A stretch of 64,000 nucleotides of DNA. Origin: Octopus sinensis (taxonomy: Eukaryota). The stretch is from NCBI RefSeq assembly GCF_006345805.1, contig NC_043012.1, forward strand, positions 32,302,001-32,366,000, in the 5' to 3' direction. Below, piece by piece: positions 25,148-37,532 of the stretch. Below the pieces are notes generated by a model, which made no database searches, had not been told where the DNA came from, and worked only from the letters and a program-made list of their open reading frames with translations. How positions within the stretch are numbered: position 1 is the stretch's first letter; every line of letters starts with the position of its first letter. The position numbers and the translations under genes were made by a program.

Positions 25148-27654
25148 GGTATTACCTTTAGGGTAGCATGCATTGTGCATTGCAGGCAGCTTTTAAGTTC
25201 TTCTGTCCAAGTTCTGTAGATCAATCATTGTCCATTTCAGAAACGGAGCAGAGTATCTTAATACTGGCATAACCCTTTGTATTTATTGCTTTAACGATAT
25301 TCCCTTTGTTTAATTTTGTTTTGAGCACCTTCCTAATTCTCTCTCCTTTTTTTACTCTCAAGAGATTACCTCTCTCGTTTCTCCTTCCATTATCCTAGCA
25401 TCTTGCATCACCCCTCAGTATTTGTATCCATCATTATTCCAAGCGATCTAATGATGTTGCCTTGTGGTAATCTTATGTCATCTGAGTTTACCTTTTAGCC
25501 TCTCTTCATAATTAGTAAAGCACACTTGCTCCAGTTTGCATGCCAATATCCTTACTGAACACTCTTAGTGTTTGGATCAAGGAATCCAGGTCTTTCTCAT
25601 TTTTTTTTTGTATATAATTTGAGGCCATCCATATAAAGCAGGTGATTTATTTTCACCTTGCTTTTGGTAAACCCATAGAGAGGCCTGGAGTTTCTCAGTA
25701 TGCTTGTCAGAGCGATTAATGCAGCAATAAAGAGTAGCAGAGGGAGCAGGTCTCTTTGATGGAAGGAGTAAGCTAAGTATGAAACAAACATCAGCAAAAA
25801 AGCCACCACCCACCATTACCATCATTATTATTATAGTGAAGACACATGGCCTCGTGGTCAGGATGTTGTACTCACAATCATGAGATCATGGCTTCACTTT
25901 CTTGAGCAAAACACTTCATCTTGTGTTGCTCTGCAATCATTTCTACACCTGATACCTGGTACACCCTGCACCTGTTCAGACAATGTCCATTTGTTGGCAG
26001 GAGTGGGCTAATGTATGGCACATACATTTCATCACTATAGACAAATTGTTTGGGCAGGTGATTCAGCAAAAGCTAATACTCATACGTTGTCTTTGATAGG
26101 GGAGTCTATCATTTTTATTATTTTACCAGAAATGGAGGAACTATATTGAAAATATTTTTAAAGGCCCTCTCTGGCTGTTGAGGTCAATGTAATTAATCCT
26201 GCAATACTAAGTGAAAAACATGGACAGATTGTTAGTCATAAAAAGTTGCAGATCTACATAGAAAGAATTAAATATAATATTTAATGCATCTGTGCTAGCG
26301 GGGTGCAAAGAGCACCATACGTGTGTGATCATTGACAGAGCGGCTAACCGGCTTCCGTGCCAGTGGCACTTAAAAGGCACCATTTGAGTGTGATCGTTAC
26401 CAGTGTTGCCTTACTGGCACTCGAGCCCTGTGCTAGTAGGGTATTCAGAGCACCATCCAAGCGTGATCGTTGCCAGAGCGGTTGTCTGGCCTCCATGCCG
26501 GTGGCACGTAAAAGGGCACCATTCGAGCATGATCATTACCGGCATCGCCTTACTGGCACCTGTGCCGGTGGCATTTGTAAAAGATTCGAGCAAGGTCGTT
26601 GCCAGTACCGCCTGACTGGCCCCATGCTGGTGGCACATAAAAGCACCCACTACACTCTCTGTGTGGTTGGCGTTAGGAAGGGCATCCAGCTGTAGAAACT
26701 CTGCCAGATCAAGATTGAAACCTGGTGCAGCCATCTGGTTCGCCAGCCCTCAGTCATTTGTCCAACCCATGCTAGCATGAAAAGTGGACGTTAAACGATG
26801 ATGATGGTGATGATGATGATGATAAAGGGTTAATCATCGAAAAGAACCAGATTCAGTCAATTGATTGGAGAGAAATTTGCATTAAATTTACCTTATCTCC
26901 TTGACCTATTGATGAAGTTGATATTCCCAACTTGTCTTTCCAGGAAGACATTCAAATGTTTTTGCAAAATGGAAAAATAAGTGAGAAACTGATCTGTTGC
27001 TAATGTATTCCGTGCCATTTCTTTCTCTTCAAACTTTTTCAGAAATCCCCTGAAACTGCAAACCTTACCAAAAGTACCTTTCTTGAAGATCTAGAAAAAA
27101 GTTTGTGATAGCCTTAGGTGTAAATATCTCCCTGGTGTTACAGATAAAAAGTACAATTGGGTACAATTACAATATTAAAGATCACAGATCTTTAATGTTG
27201 TAATTCTACAGATTTTCTATAGAAATTATAGCCAGCACTGATTTTATTACAATGTTTTGTGTCCAATACTCCTGATGTAAACAACAATGAGAACAACGAC
27301 AGAAAATAGGTAATGGGTATGTCATATATACTCATTACTTATTTTTCATCTTCAATCTCGTTTTTTACATCAGGCAATCTTGAATACGAAACATAACAAA
27401 ATCAGTGTTGGCTGTAATTTCTATAGCAAATCTGTTGAGATAACCTTAACAAGTGATGTAATAGCACTACTAACACAGTATTGACTTATAAAAACATTTA
27501 ATGTACTATGGAGAATATTATGGTTGCATAACTAAATATGGTGTCCCTACAGATCATTAATTTTAATGATGTTTTGCGAGAGTTAAGAGAAGAAATTATT
27601 TATATGAAAACTGATATACTTTGAAAACACTGTTTCTGAATTTTAATTTACAAA

Positions 27655-28070
27655 GGCGCAGGAGTGGCTGTGTGGTAAGTAGCTTGCTTACCAACCACAT
27701 GGTTCCAGGTTCAGTCCCACTGCGTGGCACCTTGGGAAAGTGTCTTCTACTATAGCCTCGGGTCGACCAAAGCCTTGTGAGTGGATTTGGTAGACGGAAA
27801 CTGAAAGAAGCCTGTCGTATATATGTATATATATATATATATATATATGTGCGTGTGTGTTTGTGTGTCTGTGTTTGTCCCCCTAGTATTGCTTGACAAC
27901 CAATGCTGGAGTGTTTATGTCCCCGTTACTTAGCGGTTCGGCAAAAGAGACCGATAGAGTAAGTACTGGGCTTACAAAGAATAAGTCCCGGGTCGAGTTC
28001 CTCGATTAAAGGTGGTGCTCCAGCATGGCCGCAGTCAAATGACTGAAACAAGTAAAAGTGTAAAGTGTAA
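27655..28070 (+). mobile_element. SINE family B
   Basis: Matches 5791-6165 and 37019-37532. Confidence 0.87.
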
Positions 28071-28634
28071 AGCTTTTGGAGTGAATTTGTATCTGCTCAG
28101 TGTTATCCAAACTAGTCAAAGAAAGTAGCGCCGCCTTGACTGGCTTCTGCGCCAGTGGCACGTAAAAAGCACCTGTCGATCGTGGCCGTTACCAGCTTCT
28201 CCTGGCACCTGTGCTGGTGGCACGTAAAAACCACCCACTACACTCATGGAGTGGTTGGCATTAGGAAGGACATCCAGCTGTAGAAACACTGCCAGATCAA
28301 ACGATGATGATGATGATGATGATGATGATTTTAGCTCAAAATTATCATCATCATCACAAAAATTGTTTTCTGCTTTAACAAGTATACAAATAAAATAAAA
28401 AATTTGTTTCCAGGTGCAAGATGATATGTAACTTGTCTAGACAAGCATTTGACCTGGAATCAATGGGTTTGTCAATAAACATAACTGACACTATTGTAGG
28501 TTTTATTTCTGCATATATTTTACTTATGATTAAATCCGCCAAGACTACAGCCGCAAGCTGCATGCTTAAAAGTAAGTAGCAACCTTTCTATTTAATAAAT
28601 TTATGATTTTAAAAGTAACAAGTATATCTAACAC

Positions 28635-28950
28635 AACGGGTAGTGTCAGAGCTATGCCGTCGGGAACTACAGTTCCTGGTAGGGCCACCCAAGGCGGATT
28701 GGTCTGACACCAAGTGGTATTAGGGCCACAATCTGGCAGACGGGGCTCTGGTGAAAATCCTCGAAGTGTCTGCTTCAGCAACTGGCTGTTCCTCGATCGT
28801 TCTGTCCCTGCGTCTGCGGACAGTCTGCGACAAACAGGATGTCTCCACATACGGGATTGTTGGAGACAGCTTGTGAAATCCACATATTCCCATGAAACTT
28901 CTTCCATGAGTAGAAGAAGCCGACTCAACCCGCCCAGGGTGAATGTCGCC
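28635..28950 (+). mobile_element. Isolated RTE-type 5'UTR fragment
   Basis: gagctatgccg...cctggtagggccacccaaggcgga resembles BovB/Expander-type RTE 5'UTR motifs. It ends at NVAT, where the endonuclease would start. Confidence 0.5.
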
Positions 28951-29072
28951 ACAAGTACAAATACGATTATAATAATGGTTTCAAATTTTGCATAAGGGCA
29001 GCAATTTGGTGGGAGGGGACAAGTAGATTACATCGACCCCAGTAATCAACTGGTAATTAATTTATCTATCCC

Positions 29073-29109
29073 GCCCGCATAGCTCAGTCGGTAGAGCATC
29101 AGACTTTTA
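29073..29109 (+). pseudogene. 5' half of tRNA-Lys(UUU), fused to SINE and RTE sequence
   Basis: GCCCGCATAGCTCAGTCGGTAGAGCATCAGACTTTTA differs at one of 37 positions from the conserved metazoan tRNA-Lys(UUU) 5' half as recalled. No 3' anticodon strand, T arm or acceptor follows. Confidence 0.82.
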
Positions 29110-29859
29110 GTTGACAAGCTGGCAGAGTCATTAGCCTACTGGGTAAAATGCTTACTGGCATTCTGAGTTCAAATTTTCAGTGCAGGTGGCACGTAAAAAG
29201 CACCCACTACACTCACGGAGTGGTTGGCGTTAGGAAGGGCATCCAGCTGTAGAAACATTGCCAGATAAGACCGGAGCCTGGTGCAACCTTCTGGCTTCCC
29301 ATCCCCGGTCGAACCGTCCAACCCATGCTAGCATGGAGAACGGACGTTAAACGATGATGATGATGATCTCGAAAGGATGAAAGGCAAAGTCAACCTCGGC
29401 AGAATTTGAACTTAAAATGTAAGCACAGACGAAATGCTGCTTCCAGCATGCTAACAATTCTGCCAGCTCTCTGCTTTGATATTAATAGTAATAATAGGCA
29501 TTGTGATTGTTGGTGAGCTGAGGGGAAGCTAAATGGATCCACTGAAGAATTAAGAATCTATTTAATACGTCTATTTTAGTTAATTCATGATTCATTCAGT
29601 CACCACTGACCCTGGATAATCCGCTACACTCAATTGTAAACCATGTTACTCTTATCAGGAATTAATCTGTAATTACACAGGTCAGCAATCAGTTGAAGAT
29701 TCTGCTTGAACCACAGCTGTCCAGAATGCATCGATTATCACTTGTGTTTACATTACCGTGCAGCGAAACTACAAATGGATTTACGTGCATGTACCCATCA
29801 ACATGCCAGCAGTGAACAGAAAAATACGCAGGCACCCGGTCCTAACAAATGATGCAGAT

Positions 29860-30170
29860 GAGTTAATTCTCTACAAGAAAAAGGTGGAGATGATTGACAA
29901 AATATGTAATGATTGAAGCTTCGCAGCTGTGGGATGTCAGTTTGGTACCAATGAATCTATCATTCGTTCAGTTTACAAAGTGTGTGAAGATATTACGAAA
30001 GCATTCTCAGATGCTGCCCCCTAGATCAGTAAATGGTGTGCATAAAGATGATTTTATTCAGCCCATGGAAAAGGGAGTGTATTTGTGGATGCAAGACTGT
30101 TGCAGGAAGCGGCTTCTTCTGTCAAAACAAATGTGTAGTGAATCTTGCATGCATGAAGTGGATTCGATCC
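29860..30170 (+). mobile_element. Tigger/pogo-like transposase N-terminal (CENP-B-type HTH) remnant
   Basis: KKVEMIDKI..*SFAAVGCQFGTNESIIRSV and, after a frameshift, MEKGVYLWMQDCCRKRLLLS. Confidence 0.55.
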
Positions 30171-30716
30171 ACTATAGCCAAATTGAAATTAACACTGCTA
30201 CAGAACTTTTCCCACGATGAAACAATGGTTTTTCTCTGACAGCAGTTTTACATTTTACAGATGTCTTTAGCTAGGCCGAAATAATGTCTTCACCACTTGA
30301 CCCTCATAACCTATTCTACTTCACCAAAAGCCTAGAATAGAGATAACAAGATCACCAACTAAATCTATTGTTTTCTATAATATATCTATCCTTCTGGATT
30401 TTTATATAAACAAGCACACCCCAAGCAAAAATCAGTTAGTCACCAGTCATACCTTGGTCAGAAGGAGAAATAGAGTTTACTGTCAGCAACTTGAGACAAC
30501 ACCCTACAATTCTCTCTAGCTCTAATTCTGTCCCTTACAACATCATTCTATCTCTCTCTGTATTTACTACTAAACGATGAAGAGGACACAAACACAAACT
30601 TTACTTTGCATACTTTCGGATTTATTATAATCTGCCCGTCGAGGCAAGGTATTGTAACGTAACGGTAAATAGGTACTTTCTTAAAACTTCATGCATTGTT
30701 CATCTTCCACATCTTA

Positions 30717-32009
30717 CGAGGGGTGTTCAATAAGTAATGCCCCTGACCCACTTCCCATAGCAGTAGAGCAATGAAACTTGGCACAGTTATTAGTCTTTTT
30801 CTACATAGGAACCACCCAGAGTTACGCATTTCTCCCATCGTTTGATGCAGCTCTGGAGACCGTTTTTGTAGAAGACCCCAGCTTGGTCCTCCAACCACGA
30901 CGTAACTTCAGAAATCAAGGCTGCATCATCTGGGAAACGCTTTCCTTTCAAAAACAACTTCATGGCTGGGAAGAGGTGAAAATCAGAGGGTACAAGGTCA
31001 GGAGAGTAGGGGGAATGGGGTATGAGTTCATAGCCGCACGCCTGTGCTTCTGATCTGGCGACAAGCGAGTTGTGGACCGGAGCGTTGTCCTGCAAGAGGA
31101 GGATGCCTTTGCTGATCTTGCCCCGCCTCTTGATTTTGATAGCTTCTCTTAATTTCCTCAAAAGTGAAGCATAATAGGCTCCTGCAATTGTGGTACCCTT
31201 TGCCAGGAAATCTGTCATCACTACTCCGTCCTGGTCCCAGAAGACTGTGAGCATGACCTTGCCAGCGGAGGGTTGCACCCTTGCCTTCTTTGGAGGAGGT
31301 GAGTCACAGTGCTTCCACTGCATTGACTGGGCTTTGGTCTCTAGTTCATAGTGATGGACCCAGGTTTCATCCTGTGTAATCAGTCTTTTGAAAAATTTTG
31401 ACTCATCTTCTTGGCACATCTCCAAATTCATCCTCGAGCAATCGACGCGTTCTTGCTTCTGGAAAGGTGTGAGCAACCTGGGAATCCATCTGGCAGACAC
31501 CTTTTGCATATGCAAATGGTCATGAATGATAGTTTCCACAGACCCGGTACTAATCTTGACCTCATGGGCTATTTGGCGAATAGTTATGCGTCGATCTTCC
31601 AAAATGGCAGCCTCAACTTGACGGACAGATGCCTCATCAATGGCAGAAGGGGGACGACCAGATCTGGGAGCTGTTTCCACAGAGTTCCGACCATGTTTGA
31701 ATTCACGATACCAGCGTTTTACAAGGTCATATGATGGGGCATCATCACCATAAGTTATTTTCATTTCATCAAAAGTCTCCCATGGTGTGCGTCCTTTCAA
31801 ATACAAAAACCGGATCACTGCTCGACACTCAACAGGCTCCATTTCACACTTGACTCAGTTCAAACACCTGTAAATCAGAAACCACAATTAGTTCAGAGCT
31901 GTAATTTTCCACTTAATCGATAGAGATATAAATAATTGCACATGCAAACTTTTAGCTAGATCAATCAGCTGCAAGTGGGTCAAAGGCATTACTTATTGAA
32001 CGCCCCTCG
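30717..32009 (-). mobile_element. Full-length mariner element (irritans/Himar1-like), ~33-bp TIRs, TA TSD
   Basis: TA-CGAGGGGTGTTCAATAAGTAATGCCCCTGACCC ... GGGTCAAAGGCATTACTTATTGAACGCCCCTCG-TA; 1293 bp. Confidence 0.96.
30790..31842 (-). CDS. Mariner D,D34D transposase, uninterrupted 350-aa ORF
   Basis: RSGRP, WIPRLL, QDETW, QDNAPVH, YSPDLVPSD (34 residues between the second and third D). Confidence 0.95.
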   Translation of the reverse strand: MEPVECRAVIRFLYLKGRTPWETFDEMKITYGDDAPSYDLVKRWYREFKHGRNSVETAPRSGRPPSAIDEASVRQVEAAILEDRRITIRQIAHEVKISTGSVETIIHDHLHMQKVSARWIPRLLTPFQKQERVDCSRMNLEMCQEDESKFFKRLITQDETWVHHYELETKAQSMQWKHCDSPPPKKARVQPSAGKVMLTVFWDQDGVVMTDFLAKGTTIAGAYYASLLRKLREAIKIKRRGKISKGILLLQDNAPVHNSLVARSEAQACGYELIPHSPYSPDLVPSDFHLFPAMKLFLKGKRFPDDAALISEVTSWLEDQAGVFYKNGLQSCIKRWEKCVTLGGSYVEKD

Positions 32010-32465
32010 TACAACATGCAATATTAATAACAAATTATTATCGTCACACCTACTGACTATGACAATTCATAATATTGTGTACCAAATCAATTTTCTGCCA
32101 TTACAAACGTATCCAAAATCATACTAAGCCATACTGATGTTGGTAAGACTTCTGGCTTCATGCAGGTATGGTGTGGATATGATCCTCAATCGTTAAATTT
32201 CACTTAACAGTTCAACAGCACTTTTCTCATGGTAAAACAATAGTTTTTCTGTGAGTGACAGCAGTTACATTTTCTGGATGCCTTCGCTAAGCAGAATAAT
32301 GTCTTTGCCACTTGACCCTTCTAACCTCTTCTACGCCACCAAAAGCTAGAATAGAGATAACAGGCACCCCCAACAAAATCTATTGTTTTCAATAATATGT
32401 CTATCCTGCTAGTTGGTTTTGCATAGTTATAAATACTAGAATTTGGTAAGGCAAAATCAGTTAGT

Positions 32466-35160
32466 GAACAGAGATGCATGTAGAGAGGAGGAAGCCCAGG
32501 TGCTTCAAATACGGAAAAATGGGACACCTGAGGACAAATTGCTTCCAACAGAAAAAAGCACAGCTGAAGGAACAGGAAGAAAATGTAGAAGAGGAGGCGC
32601 CCTCAGCCACAGAGGCTATTACACAGAAGGCTGCCACTGAATCAGAACAAATCGAAAAACCAGTCGAAGCGACACCGTCAGTAGAAGGAATGGACTTCGA
32701 GACGGTGTTGTGAAAAAGGCGAAAGAAAACTGTGGAGTCCCCTACTAAAGAGGGGCTCCAAAAGCCAAAGAAGGGAAAAAAGTAGTAACCGGAAGAAGAA
32801 GAAAAACAACAAAAAGAGAAAAACATTTATGACGATAAAAATAGACAAACCTAAGCCCAAAAAGGAAATGACCACAGTGGTATTCAAGAACACCAATAAT
32901 TCACTGATGGGAGTAATTAAACCAAAATTACTCCACTGATGGGAGTAATTAAACAAAGCAAAATATACCAAACGAATAACAGTAAAAATCCAAATAGCAT
33001 TGCAAAGATCCCTAAAGAACTTTACAAGGACTTCAAGAATAGATTTCCTAAAGAAATTATTGAGCTAAAAAACTTACCAAAAGTATTAGACTCACCGGAA
33101 GAACTGCCCATGGAAGAAATAAAGGGGGAAATCCCACCCGCACCAGTGCTGAGAATGACGCCCCCCCCCCGACCTAAATGTAAGTAGATTTCCTTCTTTT
33201 CTCGTTTTTTGTCATGGCTGGCGCTATGTGTAGGTTATCTAAATGTGCGTGGCCTGAGTTCAAAGTGGAAGCAAGCCTGTTTCCTTGACGACCTCAGGTC
33301 ACATAAAATGGATATTATGGTTGCTACAGTGACCAAGTTGGACAAACTGCAGGCCTTCTCAAACCTCCTGAAAGACTATGAGAAAATCATGTCTCCTAGT
33401 TAGACAGGGGGAGGGGGTGGCGTGGTTTTTGATTCGAAAAAGCTTGGCTCTGCAGACACATGCAGTATTTGTAGACCCAGAAAGTGATTTGGTCATTCTG
33501 GATCTGACTTTCAGTGGTAAGACCTTTGGGTTGATAGGTATTTACATGCCTTGCACAGCAGGCAAATGGAATGAGTTCTATCGATGCCTGAAGAAGTTTC
33601 TTGTGACGTCAAGGACGATAGTAATGTTAAGAGACTTTACAATGTTGGCTCGACCGATAGGAAAAGTAACTCATGCCTCATCGATCTGCTGAAGCAATTT
33701 AGGCTGGCGGATCGATTCAGACTCAAGAATCCAAGCATTCCAATGTGGACTTGGAGTGATAATGACGGATCTCACAGGTCTTATATGGACAGGATAGTAG
33801 TGAATACCAGAGATAGGTCCTCCTTTAGCTGCCCCCAATTTACTTATATACCCTCTACGGATCACAAATTAGTGACGTGTAGGGTACATATAGATAAAGT
33901 CCATTGACAGATCTGGTTACTGGAAGTTGAACAAGACCCAATTGGCTTGCGAAACATACCGTAACCAGATTAAGGAGTTAGTCATGGGGGCAGTCACTGG
34001 TACCGTGTTGAATAACCGGTGGTGGGTTGGCCTCAAAAGAGCCATTTGACTTGAGTCTATTATATTTAGCAAACAGTTAAGCCTAGAGCAGGCTAGAGTA
34101 GAAGGGTCTCTAGTTAAGGCATTAGAAGAGGCGTTGAGAGTGGGCCCTGCACCCCAAGTTTTGGCGGTGAGATCAGCCTTGGACTGATACCTCAATGCTA
34201 AACACGAAGGTTGCAGGGTCTGGGCTAAAGTTACGTGCACTGGGTCCCGAGGGTATCGACGTTGCCGGGTGGGCTCGCTCAGTAGAAACCCAACGTGGTG
34301 TAGATGCTACTATAAGGTCTGTGGTAAATGAATAAGGACAGGAGATCGACAGAGAGGAAGGGATGTGTAAGGCATTTCACTGCGCTGTTCAGGAGGGGTG
34401 GGGTGCTGGACCATGGGGATGCCCTTCAGGATTTCATAGCCAGTGGCCTGTGTCTCTCGGTCTTGCCCTGGGGTGTGACTGACCAAGCTGGAACTGATCC
34501 TTTTCCGCTTTTTGTGGAATGGGAAACCACCACTTGTGAGGTGCTCCATCTGCTGCCAGAAACAGTTAAAGAGTGCATTAAGGATGCCTTGGCTGATGAT
34601 GCCCATGTATGTACTGAGGCTGAGACACCTCTGGCTCTACCTGGATGGTGAGCAGGTGTGGTCACTGCATGTCAAGTTCTTCCTGCTACAATTGACATCC
34701 CTACAGGACGTAGGCGCATGGATCACGTGGAGACCGAAAATGAGTGAATAGCAGAGGGAGTGTAGATATGCACTCGCTCTGTTCTCCCAAGCGAGCAATA
34801 CTGGCAGCACTGTGGATTTTTATAGCGGGTTGGTAGAGCACATGTCCAACGACGTCCTGGGGAGACTCTAGGCTTCAACGAAGAACAGTTTGTCAACTTG
34901 TTCAGAAGAACATTCAGGCCAGGGTATCTGGACAACTTCCAGAAATCCCTGACCTGGTTGTGCTACTGATCGGTTTGAGAGAGGTTGTCAAGGCATGGTG
35001 CTGGTACCCACCCACATGTCCAAGGTGAGGGCGTGTCAGCGAAACTGTCACGTACGCCTTCGTACATTGTGAGGAACTAAGGGAACTGGTAACCTATATT
35101 GAACAACTAGTGTCAGATATGGAAAGAGTATGGTTATTGAGAAAAAACATGAGATTTGTT
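32466..35160 (+). mobile_element. Degraded Tx1/L1-clade LINE: ORF1 CCHC end, APE endonuclease, largely deleted RT, C-terminal zinc-finger region
   Basis: PRCFKYGKMGHLRTNC, VGYLNVRGL, GIYMP, SYMDRI, STDHKLV and GYWKLN. Confidence 0.78.
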
Positions 35161-35169
35161 TGAAGTAAC

Positions 35170-35690
35170 TTTGCAAAAGGCTTTCTCAATACAAAATTTG
35201 TATCAACGCTACCAAATGTACCTTTGGTGTGCCTTCTCTCACTTTCCTTGAACACACCATTGATAAGGATGGAATTAGGCCTTTGCCAGAAAAGGTTAAG
35301 GCTATTGTAAAAATTTCAGTTCCTGTTTCATTAAGATAGCTCAGGCAATTTCTTGGATTAGCTCATTTCTATCGACGTTTTATACCTCATTCTGCTGAAA
35401 CTCTAAACCCTCTCAACAAATTGCTGCAACACCACAAGAAGAGAACAGAAAAGACCACTTTGACTCTTGCTGAAATACAAGCTTTCGACAATGTTAAATA
35501 GAAACTCTCTCATGTCTCTATGTTGGCTCACCCCATTCCTGATGCCAAAATTTCTCTTGTAGTCGACACATCTGAAATTGGTGTTGGAATAGTCATTCAA
35601 CAACTCCACTATAGCAAATTGTAACCTCTGGCATTTTTTTCTAAGGAGGTAAAACCAGCTGAAACTAAATATACTCCGCATAACTGAAAA
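35170..35690 (+). mobile_element. Ty3/Gypsy RT-RNase H fragment
   Basis: FLEHTIDKDGIRPLPEKVKAI, LRQFLGLAHFYRRFIPH, VDTSEIGVG, PLAFFSK. Confidence 0.82.
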
Positions 35691-36549
35691 CCACTGCTTC
35701 GCTGTTATGTGAATTTTATTGTTCATATATAAAATTATTTTACATATTGTATACATGCATGCATCTTAATATAATGCGTTCTGTTGTATTTTGTGTGTGT
35801 GTGAATATATATATATACCTTTGCTTAAAATTGAAACGAATGCAGGAAGATAATATGACTACAAAGGTATGATCACAAATGTGTTGAACTTTTGTGCAAA
35901 GAATACAACAGGTAGAAATCTGTGCAACTGTAGTAGTATTAATAATATTAACAGGTAGTATTGGAAGCATTAGTTTTTCATCAATGGTGGTTTACAGTGA
36001 AAATGATATTTGAAATAAGTGTATATAGGGAAAGACAACGAATACCTGACTTTGGAGTCGGCACTGAATAGGCATCTACTTATTTTAGCAAAGGTTAATC
36101 AAGTTTGTTTGATTAATCAAATGTTAATTATTCTTAATTTCTTTGGTAAATCAAATTAAGCAATCACCGGTTTAAAAAAGAAATTAATTTCACTAATGTT
36201 TGTCTCATTTCAACCTTTATCATGCTTGTCTTATATAGTGTTGTAATAGTGTAGCCATACTATATGGTCAGAATTATTTCTCCCTAAATCCTTCTCTACA
36301 CATCAGTTTAATTTGTATTCTATGTAAGCATGAATGTTACAAAATCTCATAAAATATCTCGGCCGTATGCACAATAATTATTATACTCATCTTTAAAATG
36401 AGGTGTATTTAAAGTAACTATATAGACAATCAATGTTAAATTATAGCTAAAATATCAGTCTCTCTTTTTTAAGCTATTTGATACAACCTTAATTTACTTA
36501 TTTTATCTTTAATTTCTTTTAGACACACAAAAAAAAAGAAAGAAAGAAA

Positions 36550-36831
36550 TTAATTCCACCAGGGCCCTAAAGGTTGTATTCTTTTCTGAACCCATGCTGG
36601 TATATTTTGGGGATTGCTCCAGGCAAATTTCTTGGAAAACATTACATAATTTAGAAGGAATGATGCCATAGCCACTCCAACAACTATTTCAGTAAATGTT
36701 AGTGTTTTTGAAAGTAGATAGCTGAAGGAAATATGCACAGCTAAATCAAAAGCTGTTCCCAGAATGTTATCAAACTCCCATTTTTCATTGTATTTACTCT
36801 TGATCCAATCTAATGAACTCCAGCTTATTAT
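36550..36831 (-). CDS. Terminal coding exon of an uncharacterised multi-pass membrane protein
   Basis: Acceptor ttcattgcag/ATA (phase 0), 93 open codons IISWSSLDW...GTAFDLAVH...VGVAMASFLLNYVMF...PWWN*. Not TE-like. Confidence 0.72.
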   Translation of the reverse strand: MISWSSLDWIKSKYNEKWEFDNILGTAFDLAVHISFSYLLSKTLTFTEIVVGVAMASFLLNYVMFSKKFAWSNPQNIPAWVQKRIQPLGPWWN

Positions 36832-37018
36832 CTGCAATGAATAAATGAAAAATATCAATTAGTAAGAAAATAAAATGGCATTCAACATTAAAAACATATT
36901 TATATAAAGCAAAGAAATCAAACATTAGGAAGCAATAATTCTGGTCACAATTAAAATATAACGTGTAAGAATAGAGTCAAGACTAAAATTATCTTCGAGA
37001 CTAAAAATATCTACATAT

Positions 37019-37532
37019 AGGTGCAGGAGTGACTGTGTGGTAAGTAGCTTGCTTACCAACCACATGGTTCTGGGTTCATTCCCACTATGCCCCTTGGGCA
37101 AGTGTCTTCTACTATAGCCTCAGGCCGACCAAAGCCTTGTGAGTGGATTTGGCAGACGGAAACTGAAAGAAGCCCGTCGTATATATGTGTGTATATATAT
37201 ATGTGTGTGTGTGTGTGTATATATATATATGTGTGTGTGTGTGTATATATATATATGTGTGTGTGTATATATATATATGTGTGTGTGTATATATATATGT
37301 GTGTGTGTGTATGTTTGTGTGTCTGTGTTTGTCCCCCAACATCGCTTGACAACCGATGCTGGTGTGTTTACGTCCCCGTAACTTAGCGGTTCGCTAAAAG
37401 AGACCAATAGAATAAGTACTAGGCTTACAAAGAATAAGTCCTGGGGTCGATTAGCTCAACTAAAGGCAGTGCTCCAGCATGGCCACAGTCAGATGACTGA
37501 AACAAGTAAAAGAGTAAAAAGGGTAAAAGAGA
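37019..37532 (+). mobile_element. SINE family B with expanded internal (TA)(TG) microsatellite
   Basis: Matches 5791-6165. Confidence 0.87.

Larger units (their letters stand above)
23170..25810 (-). mobile_element. Degraded R4/Dong-type (RLE) non-LTR retrotransposon, interrupted by an RTE fragment and a SINE
   Basis: YMDGLKLY, GYKY, ILRDFPINTDHTIEA.R.D, and KIEKYQD...VIG..G..PK.L...L..IGI......LQKSTIL...RIL, typical of the RLE C-terminus. Confidence 0.78.

Noticed and set aside
29073-29145. Functional tRNA-Lys gene
   Set aside because: The match stops in the anticodon loop; there is no T arm or 3' acceptor strand.
30689-31734. Antisense or alternate-frame ORFs over the mariners (also 50009-50987), and + strand ORFs at 51029-52526
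   Set aside because: They are shadow frames of the transposase and ORF1 sequences.
36770-36815. Bcl-2 BH2-like motif (LDWIKSKYNEKW) in the membrane protein
   Set aside because: It lacks the GGW core and any BH1 NWGR motif, and the protein is multi-pass.
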